A DNA stretch of 53,854 nt, the filler included, from Sphacelaria rigidula (taxonomy: Eukaryota), in the NCBI GenBank assembly GCA_964200075.2. It is 5 parts of 5 records of this genome, joined end to end, with 100 filler letters (N's around TTAATTAATTAA, not from the genome) between each part and the next. Parts side by side here need not be neighbours in the genome. Positions count along the whole stretch, not along the records: positions 10,796 to 21,487 come from CAXNAA020006071.1; positions 21,588 to 32,276 come from CAXNAA020006072.1; 3 more parts are not named here. One strand, written 5' to 3'. This document shows, piece after piece, positions 11,486 to 24,507 of this stretch. Both the position numbers and the translations under genes were made by a program. The notes under the pieces were generated by a model. It made no database searches and was not told the DNA's origin. It was given only the letters and a program-made list of their open reading frames with translations. Numbering within the stretch: position 1 is the stretch's first letter; each line of letters opens with the position of its first letter.

Positions 11486-14074
11486 AAGCGTTTTTGCGTG
11501 GCGCTCCTTCGAAACTCAACTGCTCACGGTAGCACAATGTCAAAACGGTGGAATAATATTTCGTGAATCATGGGGGAAAACAAGTTAAAATCATTTGCAG
11601 AATGAATGACGTTGTCATTGCTGAACATACCCTGGAGAAAAAGCACTTGCCTGCACTAAACTGAGACCACGCTTCATGAAAGCTGACGCCAACAACAGTG
11701 CTCGCAAGGTAGATCCACCGAATACATGTACTCTACACTATTGCAGTAGAAATCGGCAGTGAAAGAAGCACTGCTTACGGGGGAACGTTTATTGTATCAG
11801 GGGTTAGTTGAATGGATGTAACTCGAGCGTTTATCGATCGAATTCGACAAATGATAGCTCGGATGAGCCCCAGGGTCCGCACGATCACCGACCAACTAGA
11901 AAAGATCAAAAACAACGTGCGCGCAAGAAGGTAATGTAAAGTCCGTGGGTTGCTCTTGTCGGTGCCCCTTCAACCTCGCTTCAGGGATTGAGATATGACA
12001 TGCCATACCTCCGACGTGTTGCCGTCAAAATTGACAAGCGATAGCTCGGATGGACCGCAAGGTCCACGCGATTACCGGTCAGCAGGAATAACAAGTAAAA
12101 AAGTACACAAAAAGTCAGACGTGAATCTCGCGACTGCTTCTTATTTGTGCCCATACAATCCTGATTCAGGGGTTGAGGTATGACATAACATACGTCCGGC
12201 GTCTTGACGTCAAATCCAACAAATCACGGAGTGTCGACGTCGAAAATACATCGTTCTGTAGTGTAGACAGCACCCCACAGACACGAACACAGTATAAGAT
12301 GCACAGTAAGAACAATTCAAGACAAGCAGCACGAGAGTGCAACGAGCAGTACAACCACGAGAGGACACAATACAGACCGTACGGCCCAGAACAGCACCGT
12401 ATGGACAGTATACTTAAGCCTACAGTGCAACGCAGTGCAGAACAGTACATGCGGTAAAAATGGGTACACATGGTACACGCGATACCAATGAGTGCTGATA
12501 TGCAGTATAAGCAGCGCAGGACAGTGCGCAATACGCGCAATATATTTGAGTATGCGGTAGACAAGCAACCCAGTACAGTACTGTCAGAACCACAACAGGC
12601 TTGTGGTGTTCTCGTAGCTCCACGGGCTGGAGGTGTTCAGACTTCTCGCTTGTGATGCGGCTTGCTGATCGCCGTCAAGAGGTGTCGAGCTGGTGTCCCA
12701 AAATGATGTCGGTTGGTTGAGGCTTTTTTATACTGCTTAGAGTGTACACTGGTATTTGACTTGCTGCTGGTGTAGCTTCTCGGAAGACTGACCCCGGTGG
12801 GCCAGCAGCACACGCTCAAATCCCCCTTGAACCCCCATCTACATTCACACATCCATGGTGTTCATCCTCTTCGCAAATAGCAGAACTCCAGTCCCTCATA
12901 TTCCTACGTTCAACTGCAACTTCCTGTTGTTGGCTGAACCTACTTGTATCGCACTGCACGTCTATCTGAGATATATCACCAAGCCAAGTTCTCCTAAAAA
13001 CCGAACACGACTAATTAAAAGCTGGATGATACAACTATTCTCAAGTTCCCACTAGATCCAAGTCATTCGTTATTCTGCACGCAGACTGAAACACACGCAG
13101 GGCGTCTGCCTGCGGGACCCTCCTTCATTCGTATCTCGTACACCTGCTATAGCTTATACGTTGGTGTATAGTTTAACCCAATACTCTCATATTATATCAA
13201 TCATTGCTCTGCGTAACGGCAGCTGGAACCCAGGCTCAGTTTGTGATCACGACAGTACAGTACAGTACAGTACAGTACGCGCATTATGATGGAGTATACA
13301 GCACGAGCAGTGCAGTGCAGTGCAGTGCAGTGCAGTACACGCAACAACCTTGAGTACACCGTCCTTCGCAATTGCTGCCTTAACCTCAGCACTGTCTCCT
13401 CCTAAGCAACGGCGGCCTACTGTGCAGCGACGACTGCCTGGTGTGCAGCAACGGTTTCTTTGCGTCTTTCCATCTTCTTGATGTACACGAAGGGTTTGTT
13501 TTTTCTCGCCACCTTTGGTGCAGTGCCAGGAGGCGCTGCTGCACTAGGCAATGGGCTCAAATCAAGAGCATTACCGCTACCACATCTACTGTCATCGTTC
13601 CGATGCACACTCGGTCTACACGACACCATATGCTACGACAACTCCGAGACACAATAAAACGACCCAGTTCATGCATCGGTCCTGGCGGGAGAAACGGTTA
13701 AGCACGTACTCGTCGGCGTGCGAAGTCATCTGCGGGTGTATGATCCAGGCTAGCTTCTGGTTTGGTTTTTCCTCCTGGGTGTTCTTGATTTCGAAGAATA
13801 GCAGCAGTGTCCCGAACACTGTCGGCAAACGTATGGCAGCCAAAACAGCACACTAGGTGAAGGCTGCAGCTCTGAGATGCAATACGAGCTGGGCCAGCTG
13901 AAAAGCTGCTAAACGTTGCTCACACCACAGCTTCCCCAGTTTCCTGAATGAACCCGATGTGAGCATATCACTGCAAAGTGCAGACCAACCTGGAAACACA
14001 CGGCACCGCCGCTGAATGAAAAAAAAACGGGAAAAAAATGTACAGCATAATATATGATCTCAACGACGGACAAT

Positions 14075-14155
14075 GAAAAAAAAGAGAATCTATCGGGATT
14101 CGAACTCATGACCTCCACATTTGGAGTCTGCCATCACTTGGATTATAGGGGTGCA
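14075..14155 (-). mobile_element. Possible tRNA-derived SINE head
   Basis: Minus strand reads GAGGTCATGAGTTCGAATCCCGA, a B-box/T-loop, followed by a T-run. No complete cloverleaf. Confidence 0.35.
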
Positions 14156-15236
14156 GCAGCGTCACGCATAATGTTGCAATCACGGCCCAATTCGACGACT
14201 TTTCAGCTGCAATTTCAGGAAGACTTTCTGCACCCGAGGAAATGAAACATCGGGTTAGCAGCCGCAGATGATTTTTTTCTTTTCCTGCATCGACGGCATT
14301 ATCTTGTTTTTGCGTAAATTTAAAGTGCCCGTAACCTCTTCTTTCTTTCTTTTTTTTGTTTCTGCTGGTCACGTGATCTTCTGCATTTCGATCATAGAAA
14401 GCTGCTGTCAAAATTTCAGTGCCCAACTCCTAACATCACGCCGTGGGTCGTCTGAGCGAGATTCACAACTACTCTTGGCTGGCCCAGCTCGTATCGGAAT
14501 ACGGTCGGTGCGTCGGCGGTTGTGTCGTATAAACAAGCTGTAGCAGTTGCGCGCCGGCGTGGAGAGGAATTATTTGCTTCCCGCAACTTTACGTTCTTCG
14601 AGCGATTGTAGCGAATCGACAAGGTTTCTGATCGTGTGTGACATAAACTTCACAAGAGTTTGTATGTACAAAGCACCTGGTGTTCAAAATCGAAAATGGT
14701 GCGAATGAGCTGCGGTGTACTGTGCTGTTCTGTGCCTTGGGTGCCGCTGGTGTTCATGAGCTGGAATGATAAGCTACACACACGTCACCACATCCATCTG
14801 ATATCTGTGGCGCGTGTTCTGGCCACCGAAAGTCGCTCAAACTGGCCCTTTTTCGGGAGGTATCGATCCCGAACCACAAAAGCCTTTTAAAAATCATGGA
14901 AAACTCCAAACAAGAACCCGAACCACAAAATAACCTGTTAAAAAGCATGAAAATCTTCAAACAGGATTATTTTTGGCAGGAAGGTTTCCCCCGTGTTTCT
15001 TTTTGTCCCGTTCTCGTTGATTTGGGAACACGAACATATCAGTTATGGCGCGAAAGTCACGAGAATATGAGAGCAAGGCAGTTGAAAACATTTGACCATT
15101 GCCTTGGCCTTGGTCAGCAGCAAATGCAAGACCGGGTGATGGGCCGTTGGCGAGTTGAACAAGGCACAGCAGCACGGCAGCACAGGAATGTTTTGCCGCA
15201 AAACTGATCACCCTCTCTAAAATAAAGGTACCGCTT

Positions 15237-15395
15237 GGAACCTCCATCACCAGTGACGTGCCCAGCCGTTTGACTTTTCCCTCATGAAATATGGAACGCA
15301 CCCTATTTCCTCGGCACTAGTGACTTACTCTTCACCAGTCAATGCAACGGAAACTGCATGTCTCTCCGGTGCCAGTGACGTTCTCAGCGGTTTGA
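15237..15395 (+). repeat. ~160-bp dispersed direct repeat, copy 1
   Basis: GGAACCTCCATCAC.AGTGACGTGCC...CGGTTTGA recurs at 19649-19807. Confidence 0.85.
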
Positions 15396-15514
15396 TTTCG
15401 CTTTCCAGACCCCCCCCCCCGCCCCCGTTGACTTTTCCCGCCGTTTGACACAGTGAATTTGGCGCTGGTCAGTTTCACCAGTCAATCTGGAATCTGTCAG
15501 TGTGGCTTCTCGGC

Positions 15515-16570
15515 GTAGTCGGGTCGCCGTGGTCGGCGAACGTGCCCGACGCCGGGCACGTTGACAACGATTTTTTCTGCACACCATTTCAGTCGCCCAC
15601 CTGCTGTACCGCTGTGTATGGCTGTCTATGACCTATGATGAACAACCGCTGCAGTCAAATGGTTGAACCCTTTGACGGCGACAGTGAGACATCTGTTGAA
15701 TCGGCATCAATTTCACCTAAGAAAGTGTGCTTGGTTCCGATGACCAACCCTTGCAGTCAAACGGTTAACCCTCGAACGCGAGGGTGGGTCACCTCCCGAA
15801 CCAGCATCGATTTCACTGGGGAGTGTATGCGTGATCCCGATGGACTATCCGCGTCGCGGTCCGAGGGTCAACCGTTTGACCGTAGTCGGATAGCCGTGGT
15901 CGGCGATGGTGCGCGACGCCAGGAATGTTGACAATGATTTCTTCCGCACACCATTTCAGTCGCCCACCTACTGTACCGCTGTGTAGGGCGGTATGTGACC
16001 CATGATGAACAACCGCTGTGGTCACGGTTAACCCTTTGACGGCGAGAGTAGGTCCTCTCTTCATTCGGATTCAATTTCACCTGAAAGACATGCTTGATTC
16101 TGATTACCGACCCGTTTACCTGCTGAATCGGCATCAATTTCACTGGGGAAGTATGCGTGATCTAGACGGACTACCCGCATCGCGGTCTGACTGTTAAACC
16201 TTTGACCGCCAAGGTAGGCCACCTGGGCCATTGACGATTCAATAGATCGGTAATATATGGCGACGGTTAAAGGGTCAGGTTGATTTCTGTGATTAACCCT
16301 TTGGGACCAGATTCCCAAGAGCATGCGGTTTGCACGCAGCGGCCTTTTGGTAAATCAGCATCATTTTTACTTGAAAACGAGTGAAAATGATGCAGATTCA
16401 CAAAAAGGTCCCTGACTGCAAACTCTACAAGTTTCGGGGAATCCGATCCCAACAGGGATAATTAACCCCTTGACCGCGAGGGTACGTCACCTGCTGAATT
16501 GGCATCACTTTCACTTGAAAAAGTATGCGTTATCCAGGTGGGCTGCCCGCATCGCGGTCTAAGGGATAAC
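15515..16570. mobile_element. Cluster of piggyBac-like mini-elements (TTAA|CCC...GGG|TTAA) with a local ~366-bp duplication
   Basis: Units at about 15769-15867, 16297-16457 and 16466-16565 begin TTAACCC and end GGG(T/A)(T/C)AA. Most share the internal motif GAATCGGCATCAATTTCAC. The block at 15515 recurs at 15881. A related unit lies at about 20936-21042. Confidence 0.6.
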
Positions 16571-19500
16571 ACGACACATGCACCAGCACAATATGTCCAC
16601 GCATCTATATCCGAGCGCACCGAGCAATCCTTAGCCACTGCGCTCTTGAGGATAGTACAGAAGTCGTACAGTGAGATGAGGCAAAAATGGCACAGTACTA
16701 CAATACACACGCAGTTGCGAACAGTGTAGTGGTGTACTATGTTCGAACATCTGATTGCCAGAGAATGAAATAGGTCGCGTTGAAATAAATGATGTAACCC
16801 ATCAGTCTTTTTTTTGCTTCACGAAGGGCATTTTGTTTCTTCAAGTACCTGGAAGCAGCTGTGATTTTGTGCGGAACACATGGGGCATACTTTTCGATGT
16901 GCGAGGAGTTCAGCCACGAACAAAAGCTTGAACGGAATCGCTCAACCCTTTGACCATGAGGGTAGAAAGGCCATTTGACTATGATAACATGTTTGCGAGA
17001 TCAAGGACGGGTTTTACTTTCGGAACGAGAGGTTTTGCGTTATTCATGACAAGGCGGTCTAATCGCCCAAAACGGCCGTCTCACTCCCCTGAGAACCCGT
17101 GATCTGAGGGGAATTTAGCGCAATCAGATCTAAAATCGCGGTGGCGCCCTTCATGAGATGCAGCTAAGATGTGCGTTTGTTCTTCCCCCCTAATTTGGAC
17201 GCATTCTTCGTCATAATATTTTCCCATCATATTTCCCGTCAGATAAAGCGCTTTCAGGGGGGTGACGGCCGTGTAGGACAATTCGACCGCGTTGGTGTAA
17301 ATCACGAAAACACCTTGTCTAACGGGAAAAAAAAACTAATATCACAAACATGTTGTTCCATGTGGTCATTTTCCAAGTTAATTTGATGCTGATCAAACAC
17401 ATGACCTTCCTATGCTCGTGTTCAAAGGTTCGGTATTGGGAAGAGGTGGAGTACTGTAGATCGGTGTACTGTTACTCGTGACAGCGTTTGGTGTGATTTT
17501 ACCTCTGAAGATGGAGCGAATGCTTTGCGGAACTTCTACTTGGTGGTGGTGTTTGCTTCCGTCTCAGATGTTTTTGACCGTTTGTTTGGATGGTGGGTGT
17601 TGTTACGGGGCGTGCATCGTGTTTTGGCACTGAATAAAGACTCGTGATACAAAAATACTAATTGCATACTGTATCGGCATGTAGCTGATGTGTGGCAAGA
17701 ATAGGTCACGAAATCGTCGGGCGAAAACTCAAATGAAATTTCATCAAGGGTTTGAACACCATTTCTAAAAAAACTCCGTGCGTGGTACGTGTACAGTTAG
17801 ACGATTCAGCGCCAATTCTCCCCCAGGGTACGAAAGTAACACGAGTAGTTCGAGGCTTTGCCGACTGTCACGCTTCGAAAAGTCGTTCCGAGAGGGTTCC
17901 AGCGTCCTTTCTGACCTTTTTGTACGTCCCCTCTGACTTTTAGCTGGTACTTTTAGCCTTTTTGGGTCACTTGCGAAACCATTTTCGAGACCGGTGGATT
18001 AATCATTCATCCGGCCAAAAGTCGAACCGGGAGCACGAATATTCGAGAAAGTGGGCTACAATCCTCCCAGAGAATACACTAGCAATTCTTCATGAGGTAG
18101 CATAATCCGCCGAACAGCGTAAAACGGCTCTGAGTCATCAAAACAGATTTCTTTGGAGAGATTGTTCGTTGCACAAGAACAAGCGGCTTCATACGATATA
18201 CCCGGCTTCATACGATTTACCCAACTCTTGCTCCCATGCCAAGTAACGAACCCGTGAAGTGAACAAGATGATATTGTCTGCACGTGTACAGCGGTCCGAG
18301 CTACAGTCAGTATCGTCTTTGTGACCTCCCTGTGAAACGGCGAGGCAGTCGGGAAGGCCACGGCGTCATCGACCGGTAGCTATGTACTGGAATTATTCAT
18401 CAAAAGTAGAGAGCTTCGGGGGGAACAAATTCCGAGCGTAATCATAGTGCAGATTGGAAGCGTTGAAACTTCACAGCGTACTCTGAAAGGTTTATATTGG
18501 AAGCTGATACGCCGTGGCTAGACATGGGATTTTTCGGTCGCAGTGATCGGCCGTAGAAAATGCCGACTCATGAGAGCTTCGAAAACAGACGAATGGACCA
18601 ATGCGCATCGGGACAGGGAAGGGACGATAGCGCACCTACTGCGTTGTTGATATTGCTACGGTCACCACACACAGTGCTGCTACTGAGAGTAGTCAAAAGT
18701 CCATCCCAGGGCGATGCAGTACAATACAGTGCAAGGCAAGCTCGGTAGTAGAGTGCCGCAGTACAGAGAAGCATATGACTGTATAAACAGTACTGTGCAC
18801 AAGTGCATTGCAATGGTCATTACAGTACATCCAACTGAATGACAGGGCAAGCTGCAGGTGCCCTTACTCGCATCATGGCGTCACCCTAAACCACGGCAGG
18901 CTTGGCTACATTCATCGGCAGTACAGCACACAGCACTGCCTCGGTGTAGTTCCTCATTGTTTTTTCCTATTGTGAAGCATTATGCAGGCCTTGACTCTAA
19001 GACAGATAAATGCCCTCTACTTGGATCGAGTTGCGCACTTCAATGCACATGTTACCCCCCGGGCGCGGAACCCCGCTGGCAGGTAACTTTTGCAACTAAA
19101 TGAGGTTCATTTTTTTCGCGGGCGAATTATCTTGTTTCGTTTGCACGGGCAGTTTTACGCCCGCTGTGCGATCGCTGACCTACAAGCGTCCTCTTCTAGG
19201 ATCCCACTTTTTCTTTAGAATGTCAAATCACAGGTTCAGCACGGAACACTGCACATGAACGTTTGCCTTGGGTAACGCTTTATTGAGCGGTGACGCAAAG
19301 CGCCAAAATCCTTGTATCACTCTTGCGTTCTATGTTTATCCGCATTCGGAGTTCCGGCACGCAGGTGCAACAGTCACGATGCCTGATAGCGTAGCATTCC
19401 TCCCAAGTCCGATGCACCAGCAGCCAGTATTCTTTCGTTTCTGCCCTCCCGTCTTTTTTTTCCAAGAATTTGCCTGTATCCGCACTTGCCTATTTCTCTT

Positions 19501-19648
19501 CGCGGAGTTCGCGCTTTTCTTCACGGACTTCACTCTGGGACCAGTGGCTTCCCTAGCCACCAGAATCTCACCTTTCCCTACTTGGAAATAACGCAACCTG
19601 TCTCCGTGGCACTCTCAACTTTTTTCTCCTCCTGGGAATTTATCGCCC

Positions 19649-19807
19649 GGAACCTCCATCACTAGTGACGTGCCGAGCCGGTTGACGTTCGCCTCACGAA
19701 GTATGTAACGCACCCTATTTCCTCGGCACCAGTGACTTACTCTTCACCAGTCAATGCAACGGAATCTGCATGTCTCTCCGGTACCAGTGACGTTCTCACC
19801 GGTTTGA
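19649..19807 (+). repeat. ~160-bp dispersed direct repeat, copy 2
   Basis: Near-identical to 15237-15395. Confidence 0.85.
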
Positions 19808-19958
19808 CCCCCCTTTCGTGCCAGTGACTACCACTCTTTATTTTCACTTCAAAGAGACCTGAAAACGATTCCAATTCAACAAGAGGAGGCCAACCCAATC
19901 TTTGATAGATCCAACCCCAACCGTAGCCCGCCGATGAAGGCAGATGGTCAACACTCGG

Positions 19959-20288
19959 GCACCGAACACTTTCTACGATAGCTTTCCCCCCCTCCCCCAA
20001 ACCAGCCTAAACCTTTCACGAAAAAAAGGGTCATCCAGCGCCCGATGCTTAGTTTAATTAAGGCTGCATGAAGCGCTTTATATGGGCGGCATTGGCGAAA
20101 ACGAACCCAAGAGTGACATTCCCCAGCCGCTCGTTGTGCTCGGCTCATGTATTTTTCAAGTGAAAATGATGCCGATTACACAAATCAGCTGCTCGTTGTG
20201 CTCTGCTTCTCTCATTTCGATCCACGTGTAGATTTTACCCCTCCAAACCAGCCACTTTTGGGGGGGGAGCTACCGCAGAAAGTGTCAC
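19959..20288. mobile_element. MITE with ACACTTTCTACGATAGC termini; second copy at about 43548-43798
   Basis: ACACTTTCTACGATAGC...CCCC and the inverted GGGG...GCTA(C/T)CG(C/T)AGAAAGTGTC occur at both loci. Internal GGCTGCATGAAGCGC is shared. Confidence 0.6.
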
Positions 20289-21284
20289 CGAGACTACTCT
20301 ATGGCTCTCGTAGTCACAGGGTGCTTGGTCCTACTTGGCCAATCCCAACCCTTCAACCGCCGGAGGTCTTCATTTGTGGAATCGGCCTGATTCTCATACA
20401 TTTTTCACGTGGAAATGAGCGTGCCGATTCCACAAACCAGCTGCTCGTGATGCTCGGCTTCTTTCGTTTCGATTTACGTGTAGATTTTGCCTGTCCAAAC
20501 CAGCCACTTTTCGGGAGGGGGACTATCGCAGCAAACGTCACTCGGGGAACCCCATCATTGAACAAACTTGTGGAATTGGCATCATTTTCAGGCCCTTTCC
20601 GAGTAATAACGATGCCAATTCTACAAATAAACACTTCCGGCGCTGGAGGGGTTTACCAGAAGCTGGTGGTCTGGCGGAGCATGTGTCGTTGAGCACAAAA
20701 ATAGATATTCCTTCAGTGCGTCATACAAACCCTATCCCCTCAGCCGTGGTGCCATCTGTGATCTTTGGTTGTGCGTACGGCCGGTATAGATCACATTGTC
20801 TTCTGCGAGGTAGAGAGTGATGCCGGTTTGCACTAATCCCTCGGTCGCGAGAGTATCCCATCTCAATCATGCACTATTTTTCGAGTGAAATTGATGCCGA
20901 TTCAACACACAACCTACTCTCGCCGTCTAGGGATAATAACCGTTAGACCGCGAGGGGTAGTCCATCTGGATCATTCATACGTTTCGCAAGTGATATTGAT
21001 GCCGAGTGAACAGATGGCCTACTCTCGCCTTCGAAGGGTTAATGTTAGCGTGGATTTTTACAAGCTTTTCTTCTCCTTCCTCTACACACGAAACAACCCA
21101 TTAGGGGTAGTGATTAACCCTTGGACAGCAGGAGTAGGTCATCTGTTGACTCGGCATCAACTTCAACTGGGAGAAGAATACATGATCCATTGCCTATAAT
21201 CTCACGTGTGAAACTTCCGAAACACACATAGTCGACTTCGTGAGCTTTTCGGCTCTTTATTACGCGAGTAGTCCCCCACCATCT

Positions 21285-21338
<54 letters not shown>

Positions 21339-21487
21339 CCCGCCGTCGCCGCCGCCCCGAGGCCACCCTGGGATGTCCCTGCACTGTGAGCTTGCGAAAT
21401 TGCGAGGCGACGCTCGCTGTCGTAGGGTTGAGACCACCGTTTATGGCAGTCACCGATCTCGATATTTACGCAGATCGGGGGGAAAAT

Positions 21488-21587
21488 NNNNNNNNNNNNN
21501 NNNNNNNNNNNNNNNNNNNNNNNNNNNNNNNTTAATTAATTAANNNNNNNNNNNNNNNNNNNNNNNNNNNNNNNNNNNNNNNNNNNN
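21488..21587. other. Artificial contig linker
   Basis: 44 N + TTAATTAATTAA + 44 N. Confidence 0.97.
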
Positions 21588-22489
21588 CTTTCGCTCTGTG
21601 TTACTCTTTCGTATCTTTCCTGCAATAGAGAAATGCGACTTCAGCCCCATTTTAGTGTTGAACCCCAAAATTTAAAATCGGCTGTTGTATGCGGATCACG
21701 GCTCAACTCGTTTGTGTCGATGACGTATTGCTTTCAGAGCTCAAATCCGTTTTTCGGCTGGCGCAGCTCGTACATGGGCACAAACAACCTACGTTTTTCT
21801 TGTGTCCTGTCTTTACCGCCTGCCTGACCCCTCTGTTGCCAACATAATAGCTTCACGCTGTAGTTTTGTTAAGGAACACCAAGCAGAGACACCAGTAGCG
21901 TGCAGCAGACTGTGTCCAGTGCGGAACGATGCACGCTCACTGTTCCTTGAAATTTTTGCGGTAGCTGGTGCAGTATCAACAGCATCGTTCATGGTAGTAG
22001 ATGTACGCGGCTAGGGGTGGGTCTAAATCCGCCGGTGCCGATACTGCTGCTGCTGCTGCTGCTGCCCTTTTTCGTGGGAGAGACGGTTCGCGTTTCGATC
22101 GTGCTACGACACTCGCGCACCTTGCGCAAATGCAAGCTACATACGTACACTCGATTCAAGTATGTGTGAGGGGTCACGGTTCAGGCTGTTTATTTGAAAG
22201 TTCTGCTTGTTTTTTCAAAAGTTCTGATTGGTTCTGAAAATATATTCCGAAGCAAAACGAGACAATTTTCTGTCACAAAAATCCAATGCCGAATCTGAAA
22301 TGGGCTGAGACAACAACTAACGTGAAAAGTGGAATATTCGAATGTTTGCTGAGGTTCGATTGGGAATCAGCACTAATCATGGGTGGGCAACTCTCAGGAT
22401 ACCTGGGTATTTGATCCACCCCAGTTTGGGTATCTTGAAACTTGATTACTGAAGCCATGCCCAATTTTTTGGTACATTGAATGCGGTCT

Positions 22490-22830
22490 CAGATGCTCCA
22501 CTCAAAGTTCGGGTAGATTCAGTAAAACCTGAAATATTATACTCAATATTTAGGTAGATTGAGTACGACCTCGATTACTCTACTCAAATGAGAGGAATAT
22601 TGGGTATAATCCCAATACTTTACTCAATGTTTGAGTAGATTAGGTGCCATCTTCAGAACTCTACTCAAATATTGGGCGAGTACTCTCAGGAATAGATGAG
22701 TATAGAGTGCCACTTGGGTACGATCTCAATACTCTACTCAAAGTTTGGGTGAATTGAGTATGACCTCAAATGCTCTACTCAAAGTTTTGGTAGATTGAGC
22801 ACGACCTAAAATACTCTACTCAAATCTGGG
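22490..22830. repeat. ~41-bp hairpin-forming minisatellite, about 8 degenerate units
   Basis: Consensus ACTCAAAGTTTGGGTAGATTGAGTACGACCTCAAATACTCT; ACTCAA/TTGAGT are inverted within each unit. Confidence 0.8.
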
Positions 22831-22889
22831 GTACTACAAGTTTGACGTTTCAAAAATACGAATATCCATTATACTCTACTTGACCTGTC

Positions 22890-23235
22890 CTTACTGACCT
22901 CCATACCGGTACCCGAGATTTCTGTGATCTCTGCAAGACGATCATATCCTTACCCGAGACGTTCTGAGTCCTGTCAGCGTCCCGTACCGTTACCGGGGGG
23001 CATGGGCACGCTCTTGATGAGACATCCGGTTGCGGGTACGGTTTTCTGTGCAACCTCCATATCCTACGCAACCGTTTCGGTGAATTCTGTCAGCTTCCCA
23101 TACCCTACCCGACAAGTTCTGCAATTTCTGGAAGACGTCCGAACCGGTACCCGACCGCTTAATAGCTAGTGTAAGATTTTCATACCAGTACCCGGTGCCT
23201 CCGTAAATTCTGTAAGGAATCTCATACCCCACAGA
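22890..23235 (-). repeat. Dispersed repeat family built from ACAGAA...TCGGGTACCGGTA modules; also at about 32780-33050 and 33760-33855 on the + strand
   Basis: Recurrent ACCGGTACCCGA / TACCC / TTCTGT motifs occur in two different contigs. Confidence 0.6.
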
Positions 23236-24507
23236 ACATAACGTTGCAACGAGGGTTTTTGGACGGATGACATCCCGTTACAACCGCGGAAAAAGTGTCC
23301 AAGCTGCTATCGCCCTGGTGACAAATCAATTGCAATGATTTCCAACCTTACTTGCCACTCACGCCGAAAGGCGACTGTACGACTGAAATGTCTGTTCTCT
23401 GATCCACCATACCACAACTTTACACTGTTCACTGAGCCGTCTGATACCTCCAACTCACATGTGCATTCTGGGAATTGGCGAGTGCACGCTTCATACGTAT
23501 TCGTGCGAGAATGTGACATTCTCGACAGGCCGGCTGTTCCATTGGCAACACAGGAGTTGTTCCCAGCAAAATGAGGGGCCAGGATGCTGCTACGGTACTC
23601 ACACCGAAGTAGCACCGAATGAACGTTTCGCAGTACGCTCTACAGTAGTGGGCGGTCTAACTATTCATTTTGAGGCGTTTGGGGATTTTTTCGTAATTGG
23701 TGATTTTCTTGGGCTTTTTTCGCTGGCCATCGCTCATCACATCGGGGATCTGAAGATACTTGTATCCGCTCCGCATTCCAAGAAGAAATAATCATCTGCA
23801 CGCAATATTGAGTGACTTACGGGCTGACCGGTCACGGGGAGTTCTGCCACGGTTTAGCCCAGATTCTTACTTTCCTGCATTATTGGTCGATCGAGCCCGT
23901 CCCGATCATACTTTGAAGGAAATGTACAGTTTCATTTTTCTGAAATTCTGCGTACTCATTGCACTGGGGCGGAAAACTGTGTTTCACGGTCAATAACACC
24001 CTCCTGATGAACGGGGTATTTATTCGTTTATCCCGATAACACCAACATACACCGACTTGGGTCCTGTGTTTCGGGGATGATCCGTTGTGTTGTAACAAAA
24101 TCTACCGCCGCTGGTGATTTCGACTTCTATCGAAGAGTAGTACGCGAGGAAAACCCTAAAACACCCCTAATGAGTTAGACCGCCCACGATGTTTACTGTA
24201 CATACGCCAATCAACAGGATACAAGCATTACAGTGTTCACACCCGCTATAACAACAAAAGTACACTTATGCAAACTGCTTTTCCAAAGAAGAACTTAGTT
24301 GAACCAATACCAGAACTCCGGCGCAGGCATCATCATGGTCACGCAAGAACAGCTCCACCCAGTCGCAACGACGCGCACGAAAACCGGAGCTGCGGCGGCG
24401 GACTTGAATATACGACCAAACTATTTAGGCAAAACTGGCGGTGAGCTATAGATGGGGATGCAGCGTGCATGTTATCATCACTCCAATTCGCGTTCGGGTT
24501 GAAACAC

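Noticed and set aside
18056-18361. Faint PR/SET-like ending (FYAVRRIMLPHEELLVY)
   Set aside because: Only a few residues match, the other SET motifs are absent and the flanking frames are closed.
21286-21334. Poly-C run giving poly-Gly ORFs
   Set aside because: Simple homopolymer near a contig end, with unreliable length.
22001-22170. Possible continuation exon of the DUF676 gene
   Set aside because: Different contig and no GHSxGG nucleophile motif.
22490-22830. CRISPR-like array
   Set aside because: Units abut with no unique spacers, there are no cas genes and the context is eukaryotic.
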